DNA of 64,000 nucleotides from Oscillospiraceae bacterium (GTDB lineage Bacteria; Bacillota; Clostridia; Oscillospirales; Acutalibacteraceae): NCBI GenBank assembly GCA_022763825.1, contig JALEQX010000066.1, positions 12,888 to 76,887 of the forward strand, read 5' to 3'. Shown piece by piece: positions 55,811 to 64,000 of this stretch (position 1 is its first letter; each line of letters starts with the position of its first letter). The notes under the pieces were generated by a model. It saw only the letters and a program-made list of their open reading frames with translations, ran no database searches and was not told where the DNA came from. The position numbers and the translations under genes were made by a program.

Positions 55811-56619
55811 ATTTTCTTCTCCAGTATTTCTATAACGTCGGCAATGCATCCGTCGTTGTTCGAACAGACAATATATTTTGCAAGTTTTTTCGCCGTTTCG
55901 CATCCGTTATCGGGCGTAAAGGAATTTTCGACCGCCGAGAGCATGTCAGCGTCGTTATACCCGTCGCCTACGGCTATAAGTTTATCATTATCGATTCCGA
56001 GAGCCGAGCCGAGCGCGTGAAGCCCCGTGCCCTTGTCCGCGCCCTCGCCGACGATTTCGAGCCACTTTTTAAATCCTCTGATATACGAAACTCCGTCAAA
56101 CTCGGCGATAACATTCTCTGCGATATCGGCAAGGATATCGTGTCCGTCAGCTCCCGCGTAAAGCATCATTTTCATAACGGGAGTCTCAATGGAAGAGCCG
56201 TTTTCTGTTATTTTAAATTCTATATCCTGATTGATAAGATGCGCGTCCGTCTTTTCACACGGGGAGTAAACGTACGTTTTTCCGAACGGATAAACCTCAA
56301 TCGATACGTCAGGATATACCTCATGAATTCTGTCCGCGGCTCTTAACGCGTTTTCACCCATTCCGAGGTTAAATATCATCTCTTTTTTCTCATAATCGTA
56401 CGCGGTAACGCCGTTGCACAAAAGCACGGGCGCATTTATATACGCGGGGTCATACTTATGAAAACCCTGATACGTCCTGCCGGTCGAAACGGTAAATTTA
56501 CCGCCCTCGGAAATATAGTATTTGATTTTGTTAATATTCCTTTGCGGAATTTCGCCGTTGTCGCCGGCAAACGTTCCGTCAAAATCGGAGGCTATGAGAT
56601 ACCCGTCGAAAATCCCCAT
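55801..56619 (-). CDS. Cof-type HAD-IIB phosphatase
   Basis: 'LIASDFDGTF', 'TVSTGR' and 'AVGDGYNDADML'. Confidence 0.85.
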   Translation of the reverse strand: MGIFDGYLIASDFDGTFAGDNGEIPQRNINKIKYYISEGGKFTVSTGRTYQGFHKYDPAYINAPVLLCNGVTAYDYEKKEMIFNLGMGENALRAADRIHEVYPDVSIEVYPFGKTYVYSPCEKTDAHLINQDIEFKITENGSSIETPVMKMMLYAGADGHDILADIAENVIAEFDGVSYIRGFKKWLEIVGEGADKGTGLHALGSALGIDNDKLIAVGDGYNDADMLSAVENSFTPDNGCETAKKLAKYIVCSNNDGCIADVIEILEKKICT

Positions 56620-56620
56620 A

Positions 56621-57358
56621 TCAAGCCTGACCCTCCGTTATTTCATATGCGGTGAGGTCGATAACGGGCATATTTTCCTTTACGTAATTTACATCCGTAT
56701 TAATGCCCTTAAGCTCCCAACTCAGAAGCATCTCTCTCGACGAATTGTAAAACTCGAGTTTTGAAGTAAATCCGTACAAATCGTCGACGTATATTTTTGC
56801 CGTTCCCTGCTGATTATCCGTACCGTAAACGCCCGTCTGTATATACTCCGTCGCGTTTCTGCCCGCAATGAGCGTAATTCCCGTTTTATTAGTATTAGAA
56901 TAATCGGGCAGACGAACGTCCGTTACACTCAGCGCATAGAATCCCGTAACAATGCTGTTTATATCCGAGCCCCCGACGACGCTTACGGTGCCCTTGAGTT
57001 CCTTAGTGTCAAGAAAATACTCAGTAAGATATCCGTCCGCAGGTACGATGTACGTCACGATCCCGGTCTGGGCATCGGCGGAAATGTACTTTGTACCGTC
57101 AAAAAATTCGGTTATCGTCGACGAACCCTCACGGCTGTCAAAAAAATCGTACGTAAGCGCATAACAGTTTCTCCATGACTCGTCAAGATGAAGAACCTGA
57201 GACTGCACCGCCGAGTATGACGTATTTTCCCCTGATACGTTCGACGTCGAATTCCTGTACGGGTCGACTATTTTATTATTATCCTTCGAACACGAGGAAA
57301 AAACCGCGGTCAGAAGAACGAAACTTATAATTATTGAAAAAACGGCTCGAAATTTCAT
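56621..57358 (-). CDS. Lipoprotein of unknown function
   Basis: Signal peptide with lipobox 'AVFSSC'. I recognise no motif in the mature part. Its stop abuts the HAD gene start. Confidence 0.7.
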   Translation of the reverse strand: MKFRAVFSIIISFVLLTAVFSSCSKDNNKIVDPYRNSTSNVSGENTSYSAVQSQVLHLDESWRNCYALTYDFFDSREGSSTITEFFDGTKYISADAQTGIVTYIVPADGYLTEYFLDTKELKGTVSVVGGSDINSIVTGFYALSVTDVRLPDYSNTNKTGITLIAGRNATEYIQTGVYGTDNQQGTAKIYVDDLYGFTSKLEFYNSSREMLLSWELKGINTDVNYVKENMPVIDLTAYEITEGQA

Positions 57359-57519
57359 CGTTTACCTCCGAAAAAGCATATATATAATTATGATATTAAA
57401 AAGCGTCTTTGTCAACACATATAAAAAAAATTAGTTCTATATTTACAACAGTACTTGAAAAATATTGAAATATATTTTATAATATCACCAAACAGTAATA
57501 AAGAAAGCAGGTAAATTTT

Positions 57520-58239
57520 ATGTTTATTTACTACTTCAGTATCATTTTAGGCGTAATCGCTCTCGTCGTGTTTTTAAAAATGAGAGTCTCCGCCTCCACA
57601 GCAAAGGCGGCTATGGCAAAGTCGTTCGTATCGGCTCTGTTCATGTCGACGGCTGTTTCCGCACTGCTCTGCTCGGACGCGCTCGCCTCGCCTATCGGCA
57701 AGTTTTCCTATTTTATTATCATAGGACTTCTGTTCGGACTGTTCGGAGATATATGGCTTGACCTCAAATTCGTTTATAAGCCGGACGAGGATGTTCACAC
57801 GTTTGCGGGATTCCTCGCATTCGCGGCGGGACACATCCTTTTCATCATAGGACTTATTCGTTACTTTGCCGACGGGGCGAAAATTCTCTACGTTATTCTC
57901 CCCCTCGTTCTCGGTATTGCTCTCGGATGCGCCACGGTTCTCGGAGCAAAGCTCATGAAGCTCGAATACGGCAAATTCAAGGTAATTTCGATGGTCTATG
58001 CGTCCATCCTCATTTCAATGACTCTGTTAAGCGGTTCACTCGCGCTTATGAATTCGTTTAAGGTTATGACGCTCAACTTCATGTTCGTCGGCGGAATATT
58101 CTTCCTCATCTCCGACCTCATTCTCTCGGGAACATATTTCGGCGAGGGCAAAAACAGACCCGTAGATATTATAACCAATCACGTAACGTACTACATAGCG
58201 CAGTTCCTTATAGCTTCTTCGCTTCTGTTTCTTAAATAA
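57520..58239 (+). CDS. YhhN-family membrane protein (lysoplasmalogenase-like)
   Basis: Seven to eight TM helices. 'GLLFGLFGDIWL' and 'FFLISDLIL' match the two conserved YhhN D-containing motifs. Confidence 0.7.
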   Translation: MFIYYFSIILGVIALVVFLKMRVSASTAKAAMAKSFVSALFMSTAVSALLCSDALASPIGKFSYFIIIGLLFGLFGDIWLDLKFVYKPDEDVHTFAGFLAFAAGHILFIIGLIRYFADGAKILYVILPLVLGIALGCATVLGAKLMKLEYGKFKVISMVYASILISMTLLSGSLALMNSFKVMTLNFMFVGGIFFLISDLILSGTYFGEGKNRPVDIITNHVTYYIAQFLIASSLLFLK

Positions 58240-58256
58240 TTTAATTTGAAATTTTT

Positions 58257-58288
58257 ATCCCGAGGCTTTACGGCTTCGGGATTTTTTT
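58257..58288 (+). terminator. Rho-independent terminator of the yhhN-like gene
   Basis: Hairpin cccgaggc-tttacg-gcttcggg followed by T7. Confidence 0.85.
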
Positions 58289-58349
58289 ATTGACAAGCTT
58301 CATTTAATGTGGTATATTTGTTTCAAATGAGACACTTACGGTGATTTTA

Positions 58350-59021
58350 ATGATATCCGAAATCTGTATTAAGCTAAAAAAATGCCCCGTATTCAATTCG
58401 TGCAGCAACGACGTACTCGAAGAAATCGAAAAAAAATATTCGCATATAAAAAAAGCAAAAAAGGGCGAAATACTTATTTCAAAGGATAATTTCATCCCCG
58501 GACTGTACATAATAATACATGGGCGCGCCGCGGTCAGAAAAACAAATACGTCCGATGTATTAATGAGCGTAATCGACGAGGGCGGAGCATTCGGCATGGC
58601 TTCGATATTTTCGTCGGGAGAAACCGAATTTCCGACCGAGATAACCGCGCTGACCGACTGCGAAATGATTGTGATATATGAAAAAGAGCTTGAAATCATT
58701 TTCGGAGAATATCCCGATATCGCCGTTAATTACATTAAACTGCTTACGAGAAAAATACGGTTTCTCAATTTAAAAATCGACACGTACACGTCGCCGAGCG
58801 CAAATAAAAAGCTGGCGTTTTACTTAGTCTCAAACGCCGACTCATTAAACCGCGTTTTTATCCCCGAGCAAGGTATGACTGCGCTTGCAAAACAGCTCAA
58901 CACCGGCAGAGCCTCGCTTTACAGAGCTTTCGATTATCTCGAAAGTATTAATTTGATCAAACGCGACGGAAGAATAATATCCGTCCTTGATAAAGATAAA
59001 TTAAAAAACATACAGGAGTGA
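58350..59021 (+). CDS. Crp/Fnr-family transcriptional regulator
   Basis: cNMP-binding-like barrel 'LYIIIHGRAAV...GGAFGMASIF' and C-terminal HTH 'MTALAKQLNTGRASLYRAF'. Confidence 0.85.
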   Translation: MISEICIKLKKCPVFNSCSNDVLEEIEKKYSHIKKAKKGEILISKDNFIPGLYIIIHGRAAVRKTNTSDVLMSVIDEGGAFGMASIFSSGETEFPTEITALTDCEMIVIYEKELEIIFGEYPDIAVNYIKLLTRKIRFLNLKIDTYTSPSANKKLAFYLVSNADSLNRVFIPEQGMTALAKQLNTGRASLYRAFDYLESINLIKRDGRIISVLDKDKLKNIQE

Positions 59022-59028
59022 AAATTCA

Positions 59029-60048
59029 ATGAAAAAATCAAGAATTATCGCCGTACTGCTCGCGCTCGTAATCGCTCTGTCGGTATTCGCGTCATGTTCG
59101 AATTCGGCAAAAGAACCCGAACCGTCAACAGCGGAACCCGCAAGCGTACAGGATTCTTCATCGTCCGCAAACATCAAAATCGGCGTTCTCAAAGGTCCCA
59201 CGGGCATGGGCGCGGCTTACCTCTGGAACAAATCCGAACAGGGCAAGACAGAGGACAAATACTCGTTCTCTCTCGAAACCGACGCTTCGGTAATGGGCGG
59301 TAAGCTCATAAGCGGAGAGTACGACATCGCGGCCATTCCGACGAACGCAGCCGCCGCGCTTGCAAAGAAATCCGACGGCAAGGTTCAGATTTTAGCCGTT
59401 AACACGCTCGGAATTCTCTACGTTCTCTCAAAGAACGATATTTCGTCGGTAAAAGACCTTGAGAACAAAACTGTTCTCACCTCCAGTCAGGGTACCGCAG
59501 CCGACTACGTATTTCAGTATGTTCTCAAACAGAACGGACTCACCCCCGGCGAGAATATAACGCTTGAATATGCGGCAGAACATTCAGAAGCTCTCACAAA
59601 GGCGGTTAAAGGCAAAGCCGATATCGTAATGCTTCCCGAGCCTTTCGTAACACAGCTTACGAGCAAAAACGCGGAGTTTAAGGTCTGCCTTGACCTTACG
59701 AAAGAGTGGAACGCATGCTCGGACGGCGAACTCTGCATAGGCGCGCTCGCAATTAACACCGCATTTGCACAAAAGAACGCGGATGCAGTCTCAAAATTTC
59801 TCAAAGAATACAAAGAAAGCGTCGACTTTACGAATGCTTCACCGGAAGAAGCGGGCAAACTTATAGAAAAGTGCGACATTTTAGCCGCCGCCGTTGCTCA
59901 GAAAGCAATTCCGAACTGCAACATAACATGCATTACGGGCGCGGACATGAAGAAGAGTCTTGTTTCGTTCTATCAGGTTCTCTTCGACTTCAATCCCGCG
60001 GCAATCGGCGGAGCAATGCCTGCCGACAGCTTCTACTACGGGGCATAA
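59029..60048 (+). CDS. ABC transporter substrate-binding lipoprotein (NMT1/THI5, NitT/TauT family)
   Basis: Lipobox 'VFASCS' and periplasmic-binding fold motifs 'IKIGVLKGPTGMG' and 'DIVMLPEPF'. Confidence 0.8.
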   Translation: MKKSRIIAVLLALVIALSVFASCSNSAKEPEPSTAEPASVQDSSSSANIKIGVLKGPTGMGAAYLWNKSEQGKTEDKYSFSLETDASVMGGKLISGEYDIAAIPTNAAAALAKKSDGKVQILAVNTLGILYVLSKNDISSVKDLENKTVLTSSQGTAADYVFQYVLKQNGLTPGENITLEYAAEHSEALTKAVKGKADIVMLPEPFVTQLTSKNAEFKVCLDLTKEWNACSDGELCIGALAINTAFAQKNADAVSKFLKEYKESVDFTNASPEEAGKLIEKCDILAAAVAQKAIPNCNITCITGADMKKSLVSFYQVLFDFNPAAIGGAMPADSFYYGA

Positions 60049-60076
60049 TTATTCTGTAATTATTAATTTAAATTGC

Positions 60077-60111
60077 GGGCTGTAAAACACGTTTTTACAG
60101 CCCATGTTTTT
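60077..60111 (+). terminator. Intra-operon terminator/attenuator hairpin after the binding-protein gene
   Basis: Hairpin gggctgtaaaa-cacg-tttttacagccc followed by ATGTTTTT. Confidence 0.65.
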
Positions 60112-60130
60112 AAGAGAGTGAAATTCAGCT

Positions 60131-60871
60131 ATGAAAAAAGCGTTAAAATACATCATCACGGCATTAATATGGCTCGGAATATGGCAGATATTGAGCATGA
60201 TTGCAAACCTCGAAATGCTCCTGCCCTCGCCCGCCGGCGCATTTAAAGCGTTAATTTCGGCAGCACAAACCGAATATTTTTGGAAAAGCATTTTTTATAC
60301 GCTTATACGAATCGCGGTCGGATTCATCCTCGGATGCATTATCGGAATTCTCCCGGGCTTTATAACGTTTTTTTCAAAGAACGCACAGACGTTTTTCTCT
60401 CCGCTTCTGCACATAATCAAGGCTACTCCCGTAGCTTCGTTTATAATCCTTGCGCTCGTATGGATGAAATCAACGTTTGTCCCGTCGTTTATTTCGGCAC
60501 TTATCGTAATTCCGTTCGTGTGGTCAAACGTCAACACGGGACTCAAAAGCGCCGACCCGCTTTTGCTCGAAGCCTCGCGCGCATTCGCCGTTCCGATGAA
60601 AAAACAGCTTAAAAATATATATTTTCCCGCAGTAAAACCGTATCTGCTCTCGGCGTTTTCGACGGCGGCGGGACTCGCGTGGAAAGCGGGAGTCGCGGCG
60701 GAAGTCATATGCTATCCCCCGTATTCAATCGGCAAGGGAATATATAATTCGAAAATATACCTCGAAACGCCCGAGCTTTTCGCGTGGACGGCGGCGGTTA
60801 TAATATTAAGCGTGGGACTCGAAAAATTAATATTATTCATAACGAAAAGGACAGGGGCGAAAAAAGGATGA
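60131..60871 (+). CDS. ABC transporter permease (NitT/TauT family)
   Basis: Six TM helices with the EAA-like loop 'LLEASRAFAVPMKKQLKNIYFPAVKP'. Confidence 0.85.
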   Translation: MKKALKYIITALIWLGIWQILSMIANLEMLLPSPAGAFKALISAAQTEYFWKSIFYTLIRIAVGFILGCIIGILPGFITFFSKNAQTFFSPLLHIIKATPVASFIILALVWMKSTFVPSFISALIVIPFVWSNVNTGLKSADPLLLEASRAFAVPMKKQLKNIYFPAVKPYLLSAFSTAAGLAWKAGVAAEVICYPPYSIGKGIYNSKIYLETPELFAWTAAVIILSVGLEKLILFITKRTGAKKG

Positions 60872-61458
60872 TTGAACTTAAAAACGTATCAAAATCATAT
60901 GGAAACAAAAAGATAATCGACTCGCTCACGTGTGCGTTCGAGTACGGAAAAACGTATGTGCTCACAGGCGAATCGGGTATAGGAAAAACAACTCTCCTGC
61001 GCGTTATGTCGGGACTCGAAAAATATTCAGGTAAAATAACGGGACTTAAAAACATGAGAAAAACGTTTCTGTTTCCCGAGGACAGGCTTCTTGAAAATCT
61101 CACGGCGAGTGAAAATATACGCTTTGTTTATCCCGAATTCAGTAAAGAAAAAGAATGGTTTTCGCGTTTTCTCCTCGACGGATGCGAAGAAATGAAAATC
61201 GGCGAAATGAGTACGGGAATGAAGAGACGCCTTTCGTTAATGCGCGCGTTTGCATACTCCGGCGACGTGTTCTTTCTCGATGAGCCGACGAACGGATTAG
61301 ACCCGAAAACCGCCCAAACGATACTCAAAACTATGAAAGAATTATTGAAAGGAAAAACAGCATTTATTATAAGTCATTCGGAACGTGACGTAACGAATCT
61401 TGCAGACAGCGAAATCGTCCTTAACTCACAGCCCGTAAGCGAATTGATATTTAGATAA
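60868..61458 (+). CDS. ABC transporter ATP-binding protein (short, divergent signature)
   Basis: Walker A 'GESGIGKTT', signature variant 'MSTGMKRR', and Walker B 'VFFLDEP'. Its ATG overlaps the permease stop (ATGA). Confidence 0.85.
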   Translation: MIELKNVSKSYGNKKIIDSLTCAFEYGKTYVLTGESGIGKTTLLRVMSGLEKYSGKITGLKNMRKTFLFPEDRLLENLTASENIRFVYPEFSKEKEWFSRFLLDGCEEMKIGEMSTGMKRRLSLMRAFAYSGDVFFLDEPTNGLDPKTAQTILKTMKELLKGKTAFIISHSERDVTNLADSEIVLNSQPVSELIFR

Positions 61459-61552
61459 AAACCTTTTGTAACTATTTATTATTTTTCTTGCAATAGTCCG
61501 CCTTTTTATGTATAATTGAAAAGAATTATATTTTTTGAAAGGAAAGAATAGG

Positions 61553-62815
61553 ATGAAATCAGAAGAATCTATGCCCAATTACCGCCCTAAGGTAAGAGAG
61601 TATACAAACTACGCGATTAAAAGCGTAAAAAACGTCTGCAAAGCCTACGGTCCCAGACCCGTCGGCAGCGAGGCGGAAAAACAGGCGCAGGAATATATGG
61701 TCAATGACCTTGAAACCTGCTGCGACGAGGTTAAGAGAGAGGAATACAAGTGTTCCGACAAGGCGTTTATGTCCTGGGTTCCCATCGGAGCCGTTCTTAT
61801 CATTTTAAGCACGCTTGCATTCACGTTCGGCGCACCCGTACTTTCGATAGTATTCAACGTCCTCGCACTCTTCTTCATCGTTACCGAATTCATTTTCTAC
61901 ATCCCCGTACTCGACGTATTTTTCCCGAAAAAGACTTCCGGCAACGTTGTCGGCGTAAGAAAGCCGACGGGCGAAGTCAAGAGAAGAATTATCGTTTCGG
62001 GACACACAGATTCTGCATTTGAATGGACTTATACGTATCACGGAGGCAGACCTGCGGTTATGACGATAATCATTACGGCTATTGTTGATATTTTGTTAGG
62101 TCTTGTTTCCGGTATCGTTTCAACTGTTATGAACGGCGCGTTCTGTTCAATCGTTTGGACTGACGATATCGCCGTCGGCTTCAAAGTCGTCGCAGTAGTT
62201 ACATACATATGCCTCCCCGTTATCGGTGCGGCAATCGGCTTCTGCAACTACAAGCGTCCCGTTACCGGAGCAAACGACAACCTTACGGGTACGTTTATCT
62301 CCTGTGCGGTCGCTAAATTCATGGCGGCTAACAACTTCCGTTTCGAAAATACCGAGGTTATGGTACTCTGCGTCGGAGGAGAGGAAGCCGGACTCAGAGG
62401 CTCCTCCGCATTCGCAAAGGCTCATCCCGAGCTTCTTAACGACGGAGTCGAGACTATATTCATAGGCCTTGACACCATCTGCGAGCTTGAGTATGCAAAA
62501 ATTTACGATAAGGACATGACCGGTATGGTCAAGAACTCGCCCGAGGTTGCACGCCTTATTCAGAAAGCCGCAAAGCAGGCTTGCGATATCGACATTCCGA
62601 TAGGAACCATTGAACTCGGAGCTACCGACGCGGCGGCTATGTCGAGAGCGGGATTCAAGGCTTCGTCCATGGTAATGATGGATCCCTCCCCCGCGAGATA
62701 TTACCACACCCGTCTTGACACTCCCGAGCTTTTAAGTCCGAAGGCTATCGAAACGGGACTTCTCACCGTACTCGAAGCCGCATTCATATTTGACGAAAAG
62801 GGCTTGGAGCAATAA
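61553..62815 (+). CDS. Membrane-embedded M28-family metallopeptidase
   Basis: 'IVSGHTDSAFEW' and 'GGEEAGLRGS' Zn-ligand motifs, with several TM helices inserted between them. Confidence 0.75.
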   Translation: MKSEESMPNYRPKVREYTNYAIKSVKNVCKAYGPRPVGSEAEKQAQEYMVNDLETCCDEVKREEYKCSDKAFMSWVPIGAVLIILSTLAFTFGAPVLSIVFNVLALFFIVTEFIFYIPVLDVFFPKKTSGNVVGVRKPTGEVKRRIIVSGHTDSAFEWTYTYHGGRPAVMTIIITAIVDILLGLVSGIVSTVMNGAFCSIVWTDDIAVGFKVVAVVTYICLPVIGAAIGFCNYKRPVTGANDNLTGTFISCAVAKFMAANNFRFENTEVMVLCVGGEEAGLRGSSAFAKAHPELLNDGVETIFIGLDTICELEYAKIYDKDMTGMVKNSPEVARLIQKAAKQACDIDIPIGTIELGATDAAAMSRAGFKASSMVMMDPSPARYYHTRLDTPELLSPKAIETGLLTVLEAAFIFDEKGLEQ

Positions 62816-62827
62816 TTTAAAAATACA

Positions 62828-62853
62828 GAATCCCCGTTTTATGCGGGGATTTC
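62828..62853 (+). repeat. 26-nt hairpin repeat, copy 1
   Basis: gaatccccgttttatgcggggatttc has a 7-bp stem atccccg/cggggat. It is identical to 63118-63143. Confidence 0.9.
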
Positions 62854-62885
62854 AGCGTGTCGAAAAAGTAGTTTTCGACACGCTG
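62853..62885. other. Perfect 14-bp stem-loop
   Basis: cagcgtgtcgaaaa-agtag-ttttcgacacgctg. No flanking T-run on either strand. Confidence 0.85.
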
Positions 62886-62972
62886 TGAGACTGTTGAGAA
62901 GGTGCCTGAATTTCGTTTTCTTCAGAGCGTCGCTGTACAAAAGTACCGCAGCGAGAAAAAAACGAAAAACGC

Positions 62973-63006
62973 AAATGCCCCGAAATCATCAGGTTTCGGG
63001 ACATTT
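62973..63006 (-). terminator. Terminator-like hairpin oriented on the minus strand with no annotated minus-strand gene upstream
   Basis: 13-bp stem aaatgccccgaaa/tttcgggacattt with one mismatch. On the - strand it is followed by GCGTTTTTCGTTTTTTT. Confidence 0.5.
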
Positions 63007-63117
63007 CATTAAAAAATCAAAATATGTTTGTAATTGATCGATAAAAATCTTTTTTTCCGATATATCAAAACATAACGTGTCTTTTAGGCGTGGTTCAGGT
63101 GCTTTATCAACAGTCGT

Positions 63118-63143
63118 GAATCCCCGTTTTATGCGGGGATTTC
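63118..63143 (+). repeat. 26-nt hairpin repeat, copy 2
   Basis: Exact copy of 62828-62853, 290 nt downstream of copy 1 and just upstream of the epimerase promoter (TTGCAT-17 nt-TAAAAT). Confidence 0.9.
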
Positions 63144-63209
63144 TTCTTGCATAGATTATAATTATGTTGTAAAATATTATTATAAAAAATCGAATCGGAG
63201 GTATGCGCA

Positions 63210-64000
63210 ATGCGCCGTATTGACCTTAATAATAAAACAGTTCTCGTCACGGGGGCGGCGGGATTTATCGGAGCAAATTTATGTATGAAACTGCTGACCG
63301 ATTTTGACTCAATCCGCGTCGTCGGACTTGACAATATAAACGATTACTACGATGTAAAACTTAAAGAATACAGGCTTTCACTTCTCTCTAAATTCGACAA
63401 TTTCATATTTATAAAAGGCGATATCAGCGATAAGGAAACTGTGGAAAACGTATTCGATGAGTACAGACCGTCAGTCACGGTAAACCTCGCCGCACAGGCG
63501 GGCGTACGTTATTCGATAACGAATCCCGACGCGTACATTTCGAGCAATCTCGTAGGCTTTTTCAACATTCTCGAAGCATGCCGGAATTACCCGACCGAAC
63601 ACCTCGTTTACGCTTCAAGCTCGTCCGTTTACGGATCGAATAAAAAAGTGCCGTACTCAGTCGACGATAAGGTTGACAACCCCGTTTCACTCTACGCCGC
63701 CACGAAAAAATCGAATGAACTTATGGCTCACGCGTATTCAAAACTCTATGATATTCCCTGCACGGGACTTAGATTTTTCACGGTTTACGGTCCCGCCGGC
63801 AGACCCGATATGGCGTACTTCGGATTTACGAATAAGCTGATAAACGGCGAGACTATTAAAATATTCAACTACGGCAACTGTAAGCGCGATTTTACGTATG
63901 TCGACGATATAGTTGAAGGCGTACAGCGCGTTATGCAGGGCGCGCCCGACAAACAGACGGGTGACGACGGACTGCCGGTCCCCCCCTGCGCCGTTTATAA
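63210..64000 (+). CDS. NAD-dependent epimerase/dehydratase (UDP-glucuronate 4-epimerase-like), 3' end outside the window
   Basis: It is not in the ORF track because it runs off the window. GGAGG lies 8 nt before the ATG. 'VLVTGAAGFIGANL', 'YASSSSVYG' and 'YAATKKSNE' (YxxxK) are present. Confidence 0.88.
   Translation, partial: MRRIDLNNKTVLVTGAAGFIGANLCMKLLTDFDSIRVVGLDNINDYYDVKLKEYRLSLLSKFDNFIFIKGDISDKETVENVFDEYRPSVTVNLAAQAGVRYSITNPDAYISSNLVGFFNILEACRNYPTEHLVYASSSSVYGSNKKVPYSVDDKVDNPVSLYAATKKSNELMAHAYSKLYDIPCTGLRFFTVYGPAGRPDMAYFGFTNKLINGETIKIFNYGNCKRDFTYVDDIVEGVQRVMQGAPDKQTGDDGLPVPPCAVY

Noticed and set aside
62147-62707. 186-aa minus-strand ORF.
   Set aside because: It is antisense to the M28 peptidase gene.
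62828-63143. Checked whether the repeated 26-mer could be a CRISPR array.
   Set aside because: There are only two copies, separated by 264 nt, which is far longer than a spacer. No further repeats and no cas genes are present in the window.
62989-63334. 73-aa and 75-aa minus-strand ORFs in the hairpin-rich spacer and at the epimerase 5' end.
   Set aside because: They have no SD, and their Ile/Phe-rich translation reflects AT-rich DNA. One overlaps the clearly coding epimerase N-terminus (GAAGFIG) in antisense.
1-64000. Searched intergenic regions for tRNA, rRNA, tmRNA, transposase/integrase genes, prophage genes and defence-system genes.
   Set aside because: No tRNA-like T-arm or acceptor patterns, no rRNA-like stretches, no IS inverted repeats with a transposase ORF and no recombinase or defence-type domains were seen. 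This was a by-eye scan, so small or divergent RNAs could have been missed.

Overview
The window looks like a low/medium-GC Firmicutes chromosome of the class Clostridia. A Ruminococcus-type dockerin remnant points to an Oscillospiraceae/Ruminococcus-like organism. Almost all genes are on the minus strand and most are core housekeeping. They include a complete-looking dcw division/cell-wall cluster (mraZ-rsmH-ftsL-PBP-murE-murF-mraY-ftsW-murG-murA-ftsQ-ftsZ, about 15.8-30.2 kb). Next come ylxM-ffh-rpsP-KH, then mutS2, galK, gap, der, rpmF/yceD, pgi, a D-Ala-D-Ala carboxypeptidase, mtaB, topB and archaeal-type proS. The accessory-looking parts are 0-13.5 kb and 51-63.2 kb. The first contains a PspA-less ydjGHI-like membrane-stress module headed by a DUF4428-like protein, a rhodanese-TtcA fusion, a Mn riboswitch controlling mntP plus a DUF2284-like gene, and an AMP-ligase. 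The second contains an AT-rich segment with an orphan 480-aa XRE regulator and a dockerin gene remnant, a Crp-linked NitT/TauT-type ABC transporter, an M28 peptidase, and a hairpin-dense spacer. The most unusual locus is 11.9-13.0 kb, which the >=60-aa ORF track leaves empty. It holds two tandem copies of a two-gene cassette encoding 39-40-aa leaderless amphipathic helical peptides, one acidic 'A' type and one weakly basic 'B' type. Each cassette has its own near-consensus extended -10 promoter, strong Shine-Dalgarno sites and an intrinsic terminator. The paralogue differences look like purifying selection. I cannot place these peptides in any family I recognise. No rRNA, tRNA, CRISPR array, transposase or integrase was seen.
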